A DNA stretch of 60,943 nucleotides, counting the filler. It is 8 parts of 8 records of this genome, joined end to end, with 100 filler letters (N's around TTAATTAATTAA, not from the genome) between each part and the next. Parts side by side here need not be neighbours in the genome. Positions count along the whole stretch, not along the records: positions 5,253 to 11,837 come from SRR31147125_36357; positions 11,938 to 17,128 come from SRR31147125_36364; positions 17,229 to 23,150 come from SRR31147125_36388; 5 more parts are not named here. The stretch is one strand, 5' to 3'. The first letter of the stretch is position 1, and every line of letters begins with the position of its first letter. This document shows positions 9,048-18,703 of this stretch, in pieces. The notes under the pieces were generated by a model. That model was not told the origin of the DNA and searched no databases. It saw nothing but the letters and a program-made list of their open reading frames with translations. The translations under genes were made by a program, and so were the position numbers.

Positions 9048-10316
9048 ATGAATTCCCTGAAAATATCCATATGCGGTTTGCTTATTCTTTGTGTGTTTGT
9101 GATATCCGGTTTTTTGCAAGCCGAAGAAACTCAAAAAGATAAAATTCTTGTTTTGGAACCGATCTGGAACGTAGCTTTGTCAGAATCGGAAAAAGAACCG
9201 ATTTTCGATATGTTTAAAGCCGAAGCAGATACAAATTCACATCAAAGCATCGTTACCCTGGATTCCATAAAAACACCGAAAGGACAGCCGGAATTATTCT
9301 GTGATTACGATAATCTGGAATGCCTGTCAGACATGGGCGCATCTGCCGGAGCTAGTTTGGTTTTGTTTGGTTCGGTCGATCGAATCGGAGAAGTCTGGTT
9401 GATTAATATTAAGCTTGTAGATGTCACCACACAAACCATTGTCAGAAGATCATCCCAAAATACCGTTCAAAAAGCGGAATCACTTATCATAGGTTTTACA
9501 AGTGCGGTAAAGGATATTTTCGATGTGGAATACACGCAAAATTCACCTGTACTAACAAACAATGGCTATAATCTGTCAAAGTGGCCATACACTTTTACAC
9601 AAGATGAAATCGAAACATTGGAAAAATCTGGCGCGCTATTTACTGAAATAGAGAAAAACGTTGCGCAAAGGATTTATAATCGTGGTTTCTCAAAAGATGA
9701 GTATATTCAGTCATATAAGGATTTGTTTACCATTAAATTCGTCAATGATTCTCTCCTTTTAGAAGAGCTTGTTGTGTTTCGTTATATCGGGATCAATGTC
9801 TCCAAATATCAGGAATATTACAACTACTGGAAATTCCACGGTTCTTCATTGGCAATGTATTACAACAGAACTGTTCATGGTGGTCGTGATCTTGTTATCG
9901 GTGGCTGGATTATGGTTTCAGTTGGTGTCCTGGCCTCTATTCTGGGACCGACGGTTGTTCGTACCGAGAATTTCGACTCCTGCGATCTGGGAAATGATAG
10001 TTTCAATCTTGGTGATTGCAATAATGATAAAGACAAGCAAGAAGTAATGTGGCCCCTTATTACAGCGATAGGAGGCGGACTTTTCGTAAGTGGTATTACT
10101 ATGGCTGCTATAGGTCATGTGAGAAAGGCAAAATGGGCACCAAACGGCTTTCTTGCAACCGCCACAAAAAAAGAAATCGACGCATACAAAATCGAAATAT
10201 CAGGCTCTGGAGACGAAGATGTTTATGTTCCAGAAGAAGAATCGAAACCAAGTGTTAGTATTGCTCCGGTTATAACAAGCGACACAAAAGGAGCTTTTCT
10301 GGAGTTCAGGTTCTAA
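9048..10316 (+). CDS. Secreted/envelope protein, paralog 1 (CsgG/TolB-N-like N-domain, TM hairpin, C-terminal beta-strands ending in Phe)
   Basis: Signal peptide; CLSDMGASAGASLVLFGSVDRIGEVWLINIKLVDV; two Gly-rich hydrophobic helices; ends GAFLEFRF; AAGGAG RBS. Confidence 0.75.
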   Translation: MNSLKISICGLLILCVFVISGFLQAEETQKDKILVLEPIWNVALSESEKEPIFDMFKAEADTNSHQSIVTLDSIKTPKGQPELFCDYDNLECLSDMGASAGASLVLFGSVDRIGEVWLINIKLVDVTTQTIVRRSSQNTVQKAESLIIGFTSAVKDIFDVEYTQNSPVLTNNGYNLSKWPYTFTQDEIETLEKSGALFTEIEKNVAQRIYNRGFSKDEYIQSYKDLFTIKFVNDSLLLEELVVFRYIGINVSKYQEYYNYWKFHGSSLAMYYNRTVHGGRDLVIGGWIMVSVGVLASILGPTVVRTENFDSCDLGNDSFNLGDCNNDKDKQEVMWPLITAIGGGLFVSGITMAAIGHVRKAKWAPNGFLATATKKEIDAYKIEISGSGDEDVYVPEEESKPSVSIAPVITSDTKGAFLEFRF

Positions 10317-10351
10317 CATTTAAACTTATCTCGTCATTCAAAAAGCCGCTT

Positions 10352-10380
10352 TTGACATCGAATGCCTCTTGTGATACCTT
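10352..10380 (+). promoter_or_regulatory. sigma70-like promoter of paralog 2
   Basis: TTGACA-N17-TACCTT with extended TG; context aaagccgcttttgacatcga nearly identical to that of paralog 1. Confidence 0.65.
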
Positions 10381-10433
10381 CCTTACTGCGCGAAAATAGC
10401 AATGAAAATTCAATGTCCTTAAGGAGCATTTTT

Positions 10434-11705
10434 ATGAACAATATAAAGCACTTGTTTTGTATTTTTGCAGCTTTTTCTGTTCTTTTTGTGTACGGTTTTT
10501 TGCAAGCCGAAGAAGTGCAAAAAGATAAAATTCTTGTTTTGGAACCAATTTGGAATATCGCTCTTGTCGAGTCCGAAAAAGCACCGATTTTCGAGATGAT
10601 AAAAGCCGAAGCCGAAACAAGTTCACAAAAAATCATAGTTACCAAAAAATCGATCAAAAATCAGGAAGAACAAGCGGAATTATCTTGTGATTTCGATAAT
10701 TTAGAATGCTTATCGAATATAGGAGCTTTGGCTGGTGCAAGTCTGGTTTTGTTTGCTTCTGTCGATCGAGTTGGCGATATCTGGATGCTTAATGTCAAGC
10801 TTTTCGATGTAGCTACAAAAACTGTAATCAAGCGATCATCCAAAAAAACAGTGCAAAAAGTAAAGTCGCTTGTAATCGGTTTTACAAGAGCGATAAAAGA
10901 TATTTTCGATGTGAAATATATTGCAAAAAAGCCAGTGGTAAAATCAGCCCAGGAGAGTCTTGATCTTTCCAAATGGCCATATACATTTACAAAAGACGAG
11001 ATTGAAACACTAAAAAAATCCGGTGCGTTATTTAGCGAATTGGAGAAAAACGTAGCGCAAAGAATTTACTATCGAGGCTTTTCAAAAGATGAATATATTC
11101 AGGCTTTCAAAGATTTGTTTACAATCAAATTTATCAATGATCCCCTACTTTTGGAAGAACTTGTAGTTTTTCGTTATCTGGGACTTGCAATCCAAAATTA
11201 TCAGGAATATCACAATTATTGGAAATATTATGGTCATACCCTTGCAACATACTACAACAGAAACATTCATGGTGGACGTGGTCTTGTAGCCGGTGGTTGG
11301 GTGATGGTTGGTTCTGGTTTGGTGACTACTATTTTAGGTGCAACGGTTTTCAGGACTATGGAATTCGATTCATGTACATCTAACTTTGATCCTGATGAAT
11401 GTCAAAGAGATTTAGACGCCCAAAAGGTGATGTGGCCTATTCTCACTGCGGTTGGAGTTGGACTTACTGCTGGTGGAGTTGCGATGGCAACGGTCGGTCA
11501 TATGAAACTGAAAAAATGGGCAAAAAGCGGCTTTTTCATCTCAGCTACCAAAGAAAAAATAAAGGCTTATAAACTTGGAATTATTTCCGGCTCTGGCGGC
11601 GATGATGTTTATGTTCCTGAACAAGAAGAATCGAAACCAAGTATTAGCATCGCTCCGGTTATAACAAGCGACACAAAAGGCGCGTTTTTTGAACTCAGGT
11701 TTTAA
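10434..11705 (+). CDS. Secreted/envelope protein, paralog 2
   Basis: Colinear and highly similar to 9048-10316 (QKDKILVLEPIWN, LSKWPYTFT, LLLEELVVFRY, IAPVITSDTKGAF); AAGGAG RBS before ATG 10434. Confidence 0.75.
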   Translation: MNNIKHLFCIFAAFSVLFVYGFLQAEEVQKDKILVLEPIWNIALVESEKAPIFEMIKAEAETSSQKIIVTKKSIKNQEEQAELSCDFDNLECLSNIGALAGASLVLFASVDRVGDIWMLNVKLFDVATKTVIKRSSKKTVQKVKSLVIGFTRAIKDIFDVKYIAKKPVVKSAQESLDLSKWPYTFTKDEIETLKKSGALFSELEKNVAQRIYYRGFSKDEYIQAFKDLFTIKFINDPLLLEELVVFRYLGLAIQNYQEYHNYWKYYGHTLATYYNRNIHGGRGLVAGGWVMVGSGLVTTILGATVFRTMEFDSCTSNFDPDECQRDLDAQKVMWPILTAVGVGLTAGGVAMATVGHMKLKKWAKSGFFISATKEKIKAYKLGIISGSGGDDVYVPEQEESKPSISIAPVITSDTKGAFFELRF

Positions 11706-11837
11706 TTTAATTCTTTAATAAATTCAGCGACTTGATTCACACAGGCGAGTATCTTCGACAACCATGCATCGAGGATGACCGAATAGTTTCGGCGGATCTT
11801 CGACGTGTAAAACGATCACCGGATTTGCTCCGAAAAA

Positions 11838-11937
11838 NNNNNNNNNNNNNNNNNNNNNNNNNNNNNNNNNNNNNNNNNNNNTTAATTAATTAANNNNNNN
11901 NNNNNNNNNNNNNNNNNNNNNNNNNNNNNNNNNNNNN
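11838..11937. other. Artificial contig spacer 2
   Basis: N44-TTAATTAATTAA-N44. Confidence 0.99.
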
Positions 11938-12127
11938 TTTTTCCGTTACTGCTATACATGTTATTCAGGAAAGTCAAAGTATGTACAGAGAAACCTTCTC
12001 AAATCCACTGAAAGGGTAGGAATAGTAGGAAAGGATGTGATCTAGAGATTATGACTTATTGGCCTAAAGTTTCTGAGAATGGAAAAAGATCAAAAAATGG
12101 CAATTTTTAGTGGAAATCGGTGCAAAT

Positions 12128-12319
12128 TTTGGGCAGTATTTGGGCAGTGCTTTACGATAAAAACCGTAACTTGTTGAAATCATTAAGGTTTTCTGGTGGC
12201 GGGGGGAATCGAATTCCACAACCCACATTCAGATTTTATCAATAATTACACGATCTTGGCCGATTTTGTCTGTTAATACCAATAGTTGCAATATCCCGTC
12301 TAGTACCGTTTGATTCCGT
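12128..12319 (-). mobile_element. Tyrosine-integrase attachment junction containing a damaged tmRNA/tRNA 3'-end fragment
   Basis: Minus strand TTCGATTCCCCCCGCCACCA (12194-12213) is a T-loop-to-CCA end 3 nt shorter than an intact one. Direct repeat TTTGGGCAGT at 12128 and 12139; IHF-like sites at 12167-12179 and 12237-12249; TNCCGT three times at 10-nt period (12294, 12304, 12314). Confidence 0.7.
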
Positions 12320-12556
12320 GGCTTTCCCTCACTTGGAGTCACGTTACAGCCCGTATACAGCACGAGAAATGAAAAAGTCCGTTTCAAGTAATCACAAAAA
12401 CAGATTGATGTAGTAAATATTGCATACTTGGAAACTGTAATCATCAAGATAACGACTTCCAAAATATACGAGTATGCTGCCAATACTTTGAATAGATATA
12501 TAAAAGACAGCTTGCTAATCAAATCAATACAGATTCTTTTATACATTTAGTATGAG

Positions 12557-13258
12557 CTAAAGAAATAGTTCCTTAAGCTTTACTTTATCTTCTTTCAATT
12601 CATCAGGAACACCACTGAAAGCGACTTTTCCTAGTTTTATTGAATAGACTTTATTACAAATATCTAGAACCTCTCTGACTTTTTGTTCTACTATCAGCAC
12701 CGTCACACCTAGTTCATGATTAATTTCCGATATTTTATCAAATACCAAACTAACGAGGCTAGGAGACAACCCAATGGACGGTTCGTCAAGCAAAAGCAAC
12801 TTCGGTTTCGGTACCAGGGCACGAGCAAAAGCTAGCATCTGTTGTTCTCCACCCGACAATTTACCTGCATCTTGCTCACTACGCTCTTTTAAGACAGGAA
12901 ACATCTGAATGACTTGCTCAATCCTTGTCTTTAATTCTTTTTTATGTAAGTAGAACCCTCCTATTTCTAAGTTTTCCATTACTGTCAGACCTGTAAACAC
13001 GCGGTTGCCCTGAGAAGAAAATGTTATACCTCTAACTACGTTTTGGGATGGGTTCGACTCGTTTATGTAATCACCTTGAAATTTAATATTACCCGACCAA
13101 GAGGGAAGCAAACCACAAATAGATTTCAGTGCAGTAGATTTTCCTGATCCGTTTGGACCAATCAATGCGACAATATCTCCTTCATTGACCTCAATTGACA
13201 GGCCAAAAAGAACCTGCTTTTTCCCGTAGCCTGTTTCAAGTTGACTAACTACAAGCAT
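12557..13258 (-). CDS. livF: Branched-chain amino acid-type ABC transporter ATPase
   Basis: GPNGSGKS, LSGGEQQMLA, LLLDEPSIGLSP, IVEQ. Confidence 0.88.
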   Translation of the reverse strand: MLVVSQLETGYGKKQVLFGLSIEVNEGDIVALIGPNGSGKSTALKSICGLLPSWSGNIKFQGDYINESNPSQNVVRGITFSSQGNRVFTGLTVMENLEIGGFYLHKKELKTRIEQVIQMFPVLKERSEQDAGKLSGGEQQMLAFARALVPKPKLLLLDEPSIGLSPSLVSLVFDKISEINHELGVTVLIVEQKVREVLDICNKVYSIKLGKVAFSGVPDELKEDKVKLKELFL

Positions 13259-13273
13259 TTTATCAATACCTTT

Positions 13274-14035
13274 TCAATTAATGTATGCTTCAATAACCAT
13301 TGGGTCATTTCTCACTTTTTCTGGTGCACCCTCTCTTATCTTCCGTCCGGTATCCATAAAGATAACACGATCCGAAATTTCCATCACTGCATCCATGTTA
13401 TGTTCAATAAATATTACAGACTTTCCCAAGGCTGGTAATCCTTGGATCAATAATAATAATTTTTCAATCATTTGTGGCGCAATTCCAGCGATAGGTTCAT
13501 CAAACAATAACAATTCAGCACCTGTAGCTAGACAACAAACAATACTTAGAAGCTTCTGTTGACCATAAGAGAGTGAATCCGCTAATTCATAGGTTTTGCC
13601 GTCAATTCCAGCTTCGTGAAGAAGATATAGAGCTCTCTCCTTATTCTTTTTCTCCTGCAATTTACTATTTTTCCATTTTAAAAACATATTGCAAAGGTGT
13701 TCACCGCCCTGATTGCCAAAGCATAGAAGTACATTGTCGAGAACAGTCATCTGCCTAATAAGCCGAAGATTTTGGAATGTACGAGCAATTCCCAATGTTG
13801 CAAACTTGTGTGGAGGTAGTTTGTTGAGTTCTGTACCATTAAATGACATCTGGCCAACATCAAGAGGAAGTAATCCTGTCAACACGTTGAACAATGTTGT
13901 TTTCCCTGCTCCGTTAGGACCAATTAACCCGACTATCTCCGTCTTTTTCACATTACAAGAAAACTCGGATAACGCTATAACGCCATCGAACCTTTTACTT
14001 AAACCTTGAACTTCAAGGAGTTTGGAATTCATCAT
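13274..14035 (-). CDS. livG: Branched-chain amino acid-type ABC transporter ATPase
   Basis: GPNGAGKTT, GIARTFQN, LSYGQQK, IEHNMD, C-terminal VRNDPMVIEAY. Confidence 0.88.
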   Translation of the reverse strand: MMNSKLLEVQGLSKRFDGVIALSEFSCNVKKTEIVGLIGPNGAGKTTLFNVLTGLLPLDVGQMSFNGTELNKLPPHKFATLGIARTFQNLRLIRQMTVLDNVLLCFGNQGGEHLCNMFLKWKNSKLQEKKNKERALYLLHEAGIDGKTYELADSLSYGQQKLLSIVCCLATGAELLLFDEPIAGIAPQMIEKLLLLIQGLPALGKSVIFIEHNMDAVMEISDRVIFMDTGRKIREGAPEKVRNDPMVIEAYIN

Positions 14036-14915
14036 TTATCGCCTCCCTTATCGAAGGCGTATTTCCCCAATAATCCCTGAGGTCTCCACATCATAAATGC
14101 CACTAAAAGTCCTCCATATATTATTTGTCTTGTATTGGCTGCGACAGAACCAGGCAAGCCGACAAATCTTAATAGTTCTGGCAAAACAACCAGCACAACT
14201 GCTCCTACAATTGGCCCCCACAAGCTTCCAGCCCCCCTATAATTACAATGGAAAGAATGAAAATAGATTCCATAGGGGTAAAACTTGTTGGGTCAATGAA
14301 ACTAACGTAATGTGCGTATATGGCACCAGTTACTGCAGCAATTGCCGCACCTACTATAAATACTTGTATTTTATATACAGCAATATTTTTACCTACAGAA
14401 AGTGCAAACAACTCATCATCTCTAATAGCCTTGAGAACTCTCCCATAAGGCGATTGAGTTATACGCCAAATAAGACTTAGCGTCATGACAAAGAAAACAG
14501 TAACAAACATTAAATATTCAAATTGAGAAGAAACAGTTATACCAAATAATGATGGCTGTGGGATACCGGGCAATCCCATGGGTCCGCCAGTTAAACTAAT
14601 CAAGTTGTTCATTAGATGAAAAAAGATAACCTGGAAAGCAAAAGTGGTTATTACAAAGTAGTCATCACGAATTCTTAATGACGGAATAGCAATTATAAGT
14701 GCGATCAAGCTAGTTATTGAAACTGCAAGTATGGAATTTAAGAAAAATGAGGTGGTATAGTGTAGGGCCATCAAGGCAGATACGTATGCTCCAATTCCGA
14801 AGAATGATGCATGAGCTAATGAGATAAGACCAGTATACCCTGAAATGAGATTCAACGATATAGCCAAGCTACCATAAAGAAGAACCATTATGACAATGTG
14901 AAGAACATAATCCAT
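14032..14915 (-). CDS. livM: ABC transporter permease LivM-like, split by a -1 frameshift at 14232-14237
   Basis: GYTGLISLAHASFFGIGAY, SPYGRVLKAIRDDE; adding one C to the C6 run restores IIGGAGSLWGPIVGA and joins ORF 14032..14223. Confidence 0.85.
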
Positions 14916-14923
14916 TAACTCTC

Positions 14924-15799
14924 CTAGTTATTCTTCAGTTCAGAATTTTTCCCTAATATACCATTTGGCTTAATTACAAGAATGGAAATCAAAATTATAA
15001 AAGCAAGTAAATCTTGCCATTGTGCACCCAAATACCATGAACCAATATGCTGAGAAATTCCTAAAATCATTGCACCAATTATAGCTCCCCAGAAACTACC
15101 TATTCCTCCAGCAATTGAACAAATAATTGCCATAATTAAATATCGCATTCCAATTACTGGTGTCATGTCAACATCCAGTGAAACTAAGATACCTGCGATC
15201 GAAGCAAAAAGGGAAGAAATGGCAAACACTATTATTAATGCCCTATCAATATCTATTCCCACAACTCTAGCCAAGTTTATGTCAGAAGAGATTGCACGAA
15301 TTTGTTTGCCAAATTCTGAATAAGTTAAAAAGAGAAAAAGAGAGACTACTAAAACAACAAAAGCAAGTATAGAAGATATATTTATATTGGTGATGGTCGC
15401 ACCTACATATTCATAACTTTTATACATGTCTCCACCTCTAATAGTTTTTGTATCATCACCAAAGAGGATAGAAAGAATGTTTTGAAGAACAATATATAAT
15501 CCTAAAGATGCTAGCATTGCAACAAACGAAGAAGCCCCCTTCATTCGAAGTTTCTTAAATAAAAACACTTCTGCGGTTACACCAACAAGAATTGAACAGA
15601 GAATAGAAAAAACAATTGAAACAAGTAATGGAAATCCAATGATGACATTGAATAAATATGTAAAGTAGGCCCCAAACGTAAATATTATACCATGCGTAAA
15701 ATTAAAAAATCTTGAAGTTGAGTAAATCAGGGAAAACCCAATTGCAATCATAGAATAAATAGAACCTGCAAGTATTCCATTCAGCAACATTTGTCCCAT
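14924..15799 (-). CDS. livH: ABC transporter permease LivH-like
   Basis: LNGILAGSIYSMIAIGFSLIY, FGKQIRAIS, GGIGSFWGA, KPNGILG. Confidence 0.88.
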   Translation of the reverse strand: MGQMLLNGILAGSIYSMIAIGFSLIYSTSRFFNFTHGIIFTFGAYFTYLFNVIIGFPLLVSIVFSILCSILVGVTAEVFLFKKLRMKGASSFVAMLASLGLYIVLQNILSILFGDDTKTIRGGDMYKSYEYVGATITNINISSILAFVVLVVSLFLFLTYSEFGKQIRAISSDINLARVVGIDIDRALIIVFAISSLFASIAGILVSLDVDMTPVIGMRYLIMAIICSIAGGIGSFWGAIIGAMILGISQHIGSWYLGAQWQDLLAFIILISILVIKPNGILGKNSELKNN

Positions 15800-16638
15800 T
15801 ATTTTTGCCCACTTGAATTTTCACCAAACATGTCTCTAAGTTGTTCTATTTTAAGAATGCTTTCCGCTACAGATGAATGCAGCAGTTTATCTACCCCTTG
15901 TTTCACTAGCGAGTCAATACCTGCTTGAGTGGCACCATTCGGTGTGGCAATATTTTCAATTATTGACTCAAACGAAACTTGGTTCTCATTCAGTGCTACT
16001 GAAATTCCAGATACTATTGAAGCAATAATCTCTTCAGCATCTTGTTTTGACAACCCCAAATCTATTGCTAATTTTTCCCATACTAAGAGGATATATGAAA
16101 AATATGCTGGAGAACACCCAGTAAAAATGGCGTGGTACTTAATTTCCTTTTCTTGGATTACTTTCATTCCACCCAGAGGGTTGAAAATCTCTAGCACCTC
16201 ACTAACATCAGCATAATTGGTATTTGAATCGAATGCAGAAAATGATATTCCTGGCGAATTAATGTGTAATAAGGAAGTAGGATGAATGTGAATAATATGC
16301 TTTGCCGATGGTAATAGTTTCTGCAGAAAAGCAATTGGAACTCCAATGGCAACAGAAGCTATTATATGATTTTCCGTTACACAGTTGTCAATTTGACCAG
16401 CCATATCTCGAATTTGGAGTGGTCTTGTACAAAGGAAAATATGCTTTGCATTGTTTACTGCATCATTGTTTGATACTATTATATCAATGTTAAGTTCTTG
16501 GTTAAGCTTTTTTGCCGTGATTTCGTTATGATGTGTTCCAACTATCTCATCTGCTCTTAAAACACCTTTATCAACGATGTTGCGAATTATGGCAGAAGCC
16601 ATTCTGCCAACTCCAAGAAAGGCGACTTTATACTTCAT
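15799..16638 (-). CDS. Divergent pyrroline-5-carboxylate reductase-like NAD(P)H oxidoreductase
   Basis: FLGVGRMASAI Rossmann motif, TGCSPAY, ATPNGATQAG; the usual RxMPNT motif reads HIHPTS. Confidence 0.75.
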   Translation of the reverse strand: MKYKVAFLGVGRMASAIIRNIVDKGVLRADEIVGTHHNEITAKKLNQELNIDIIVSNNDAVNNAKHIFLCTRPLQIRDMAGQIDNCVTENHIIASVAIGVPIAFLQKLLPSAKHIIHIHPTSLLHINSPGISFSAFDSNTNYADVSEVLEIFNPLGGMKVIQEKEIKYHAIFTGCSPAYFSYILLVWEKLAIDLGLSKQDAEEIIASIVSGISVALNENQVSFESIIENIATPNGATQAGIDSLVKQGVDKLLHSSVAESILKIEQLRDMFGENSSGQK

Positions 16639-17128
16639 AATTTGAATCTTTCTCAAATACTTGACCGTTAAGTAACTCTTGAATCTCCTGTCTCTTGCGA
16701 ATTAACTCCACCTTGCCATCAGAAACAAGTACTTCAGCAGGCTTTAGTCGACCACAAAAGTTTGAACTCATTGAATATCCGTATGCTCCAGCATTCTTGA
16801 TTGCTACAAGGTCTCCCTGTTTTAATCGTTGAAACCTTAAATTGTCTGATAAGTAATCATTTGAAGCAATAGTATTTCCGCAAAACTTTACATTGTTCCA
16901 TGTATCCACTGAGTCACTAAGGTTAATCGGAATAATTTCATGAAATTGTTTGTACAAGTATGGTCTAATAAAGTTGCTTAAACTGGTATCAGTAACTATG
17001 AAATGATTTCCATCCTGATGTTTTATTGTATCTATTTTAGCAACTAGAATGCCAGCAGATGCAATAATTGACCGCCCAGGCTCCATTTTTAATTCTAGTT
17101 CTTTTCCAACTCTACTGTTGAGCTTTTT
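16628..17128 (-). CDS. Fold-type III PLP decarboxylase (LysA-like), 5' part missing
   Basis: EPGRSII, IRPYLY, GAYGYSMSSNF..R..PAEVLV; ORF is open to the contig end. Confidence 0.85.
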   Translation of the reverse strand, partial: KKLNSRVGKELELKMEPGRSIIASAGILVAKIDTIKHQDGNHFIVTDTSLSNFIRPYLYKQFHEIIPINLSDSVDTWNNVKFCGNTIASNDYLSDNLRFQRLKQGDLVAIKNAGAYGYSMSSNFCGRLKPAEVLVSDGKVELIRKRQEIQELLNGQVFEKDSNYEV

Positions 17129-17228
17129 NNNNNNNNNNNNNNNNNNNNNNNNNNNNNNNNNNNNNNNNNNNNTTAATTAATTAANNNNNNNNNNNNNNNN
17201 NNNNNNNNNNNNNNNNNNNNNNNNNNNN
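17129..17228. other. Artificial contig spacer 3
   Basis: N44-TTAATTAATTAA-N44. Confidence 0.99.
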
Positions 17229-18647
17229 GATAGATTTCCCGAACAAAGGATTGCTCAAGCCCGGTTATATTTATTCCATATTCCTCTGCATTCTGACAGG
17301 TTATGCCTTCAAAATACAGGTTTTGATATTGAGGTGGAAAAGGATGCTCTACCGGATCATACTTTATATCCTTGTACTCCATCTCCATTCTCATCAGTTG
17401 CAGGCAGGAATCAATCTGAATATTCTTAAAATAAATGTGTTCAATTACCCCACCCCGATCACAATTGGATTTTGCATTAAACACATATTGCTGTTTATTA
17501 CCGACACCAAACTGGCAATCATAGACAAAAATATTTCTGACGCCACCAGACATATCGCTGCCAATGGAAACACCGTTATGTTCACCAAGAAAAACATTGT
17601 TTCGGATAATCACGTTTTCACAGGCACTACCACCCTGTTCCGGCCAGCCTTCTTTTGCGCGACCGGATTTAAGAGCAATTCCGTCATCGTAATTATGAAT
17701 GGTACATTTTTCTATAAGGACCTCTTTACAGGAGTCCGGATCAATACCGTCGTCATTTCTGGCTTTTAACACACCCGCCTGAATCGTGACATTGCGCACT
17801 GTAATATTTTCACAAAAAACCGGGTGAACAGTTCTTTCCAAAGGCATACGAGTTGTAATACCTTCAATTAAAACGTTACGACAATGGCACAATTCAATTG
17901 TTCCAGGTGCCAAATGGTGCCCAGGTCCAAAAATTCTTTTTCGACCGGAACCATATCCCTTCCCATCTGGCGTAATTTTATCCGATCAGGTTGGTGTAAT
18001 TTTCGGATATACCATTCGGACCAGAATTTATCTGTCTGCCCGTCAATTGTTCCCTCACCGGTTATAGCCACATTTTCTTCTTTCCAGGCGTAAATCAAAG
18101 GTGAATAATTATAACACCATAATCCCTCCCACCGAACCAAAACACATCCATTGAATTCAGGTTTGCCTGTTAGATAATCTTTGGGATTTGTACCAAAAAT
18201 CAGAATGGCTTTTTTATTGAGGTGAAGGTTCACGTTACTCTTCAAATAAAGCGGACCATTAATCAGGTAACGACCGGAGGGTATAGCTACCTGCCCCCCT
18301 CCAGCCAGATGACAGTCCTTGATGGCTTTAAAAAAAGCCTGACGACAATCTGTGCTCCCATCTCTTGTTGCACCATAGCTGGTTACATCGTAGCATTTAT
18401 TCTGAAACGTTGGCGGCTTTATTCTGGACAGAATGCGAGGCAACATCCCCCATCCGCTTTGAGTTTGTATGTCTATGTTTTGATGACTCTGTTTTTTCCC
18501 AACAGGATCATTTAGATCCTTAACCTTAGCACATGCAAGGTAATCTGCTTTCTTCCCCCAAAACGCCGATGCTGTGAAAAAGCCCGCGGTTCTTCCCAGT
18601 TTATTTAGAAATTTCCTGCGTGATTGTTTAGCCGTTTTTAAAGCCAT
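17229..18647 (-). CDS. GH28 glycoside hydrolase with Tat-like signal; frameshift at 17937-17941; 3' end truncated
   Basis: SRRKFLNK; VRWEG; NDDGIDPDS, DDGIALKSG, HNGVSIGS. One extra T restores PVEKRIFGPGHHLAPG and joins the two ORFs. Confidence 0.85.
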
Positions 18648-18703
18648 ATAACGTCTCTTTTGGTGATAATAAAAGAACAATTTATCCTATTGAAAAAGTA
18701 AAA

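Noticed and set aside
12194..12217. Intact tRNA or tmRNA gene
   Set aside because: Only the T-loop-to-CCA part is present, 3 nt short, with no upstream arms; treated as an att remnant.
12229..12546. 105-aa ORF downstream of livF
   Set aside because: Overlaps the att-site motifs and has no recognisable features; probably spurious.
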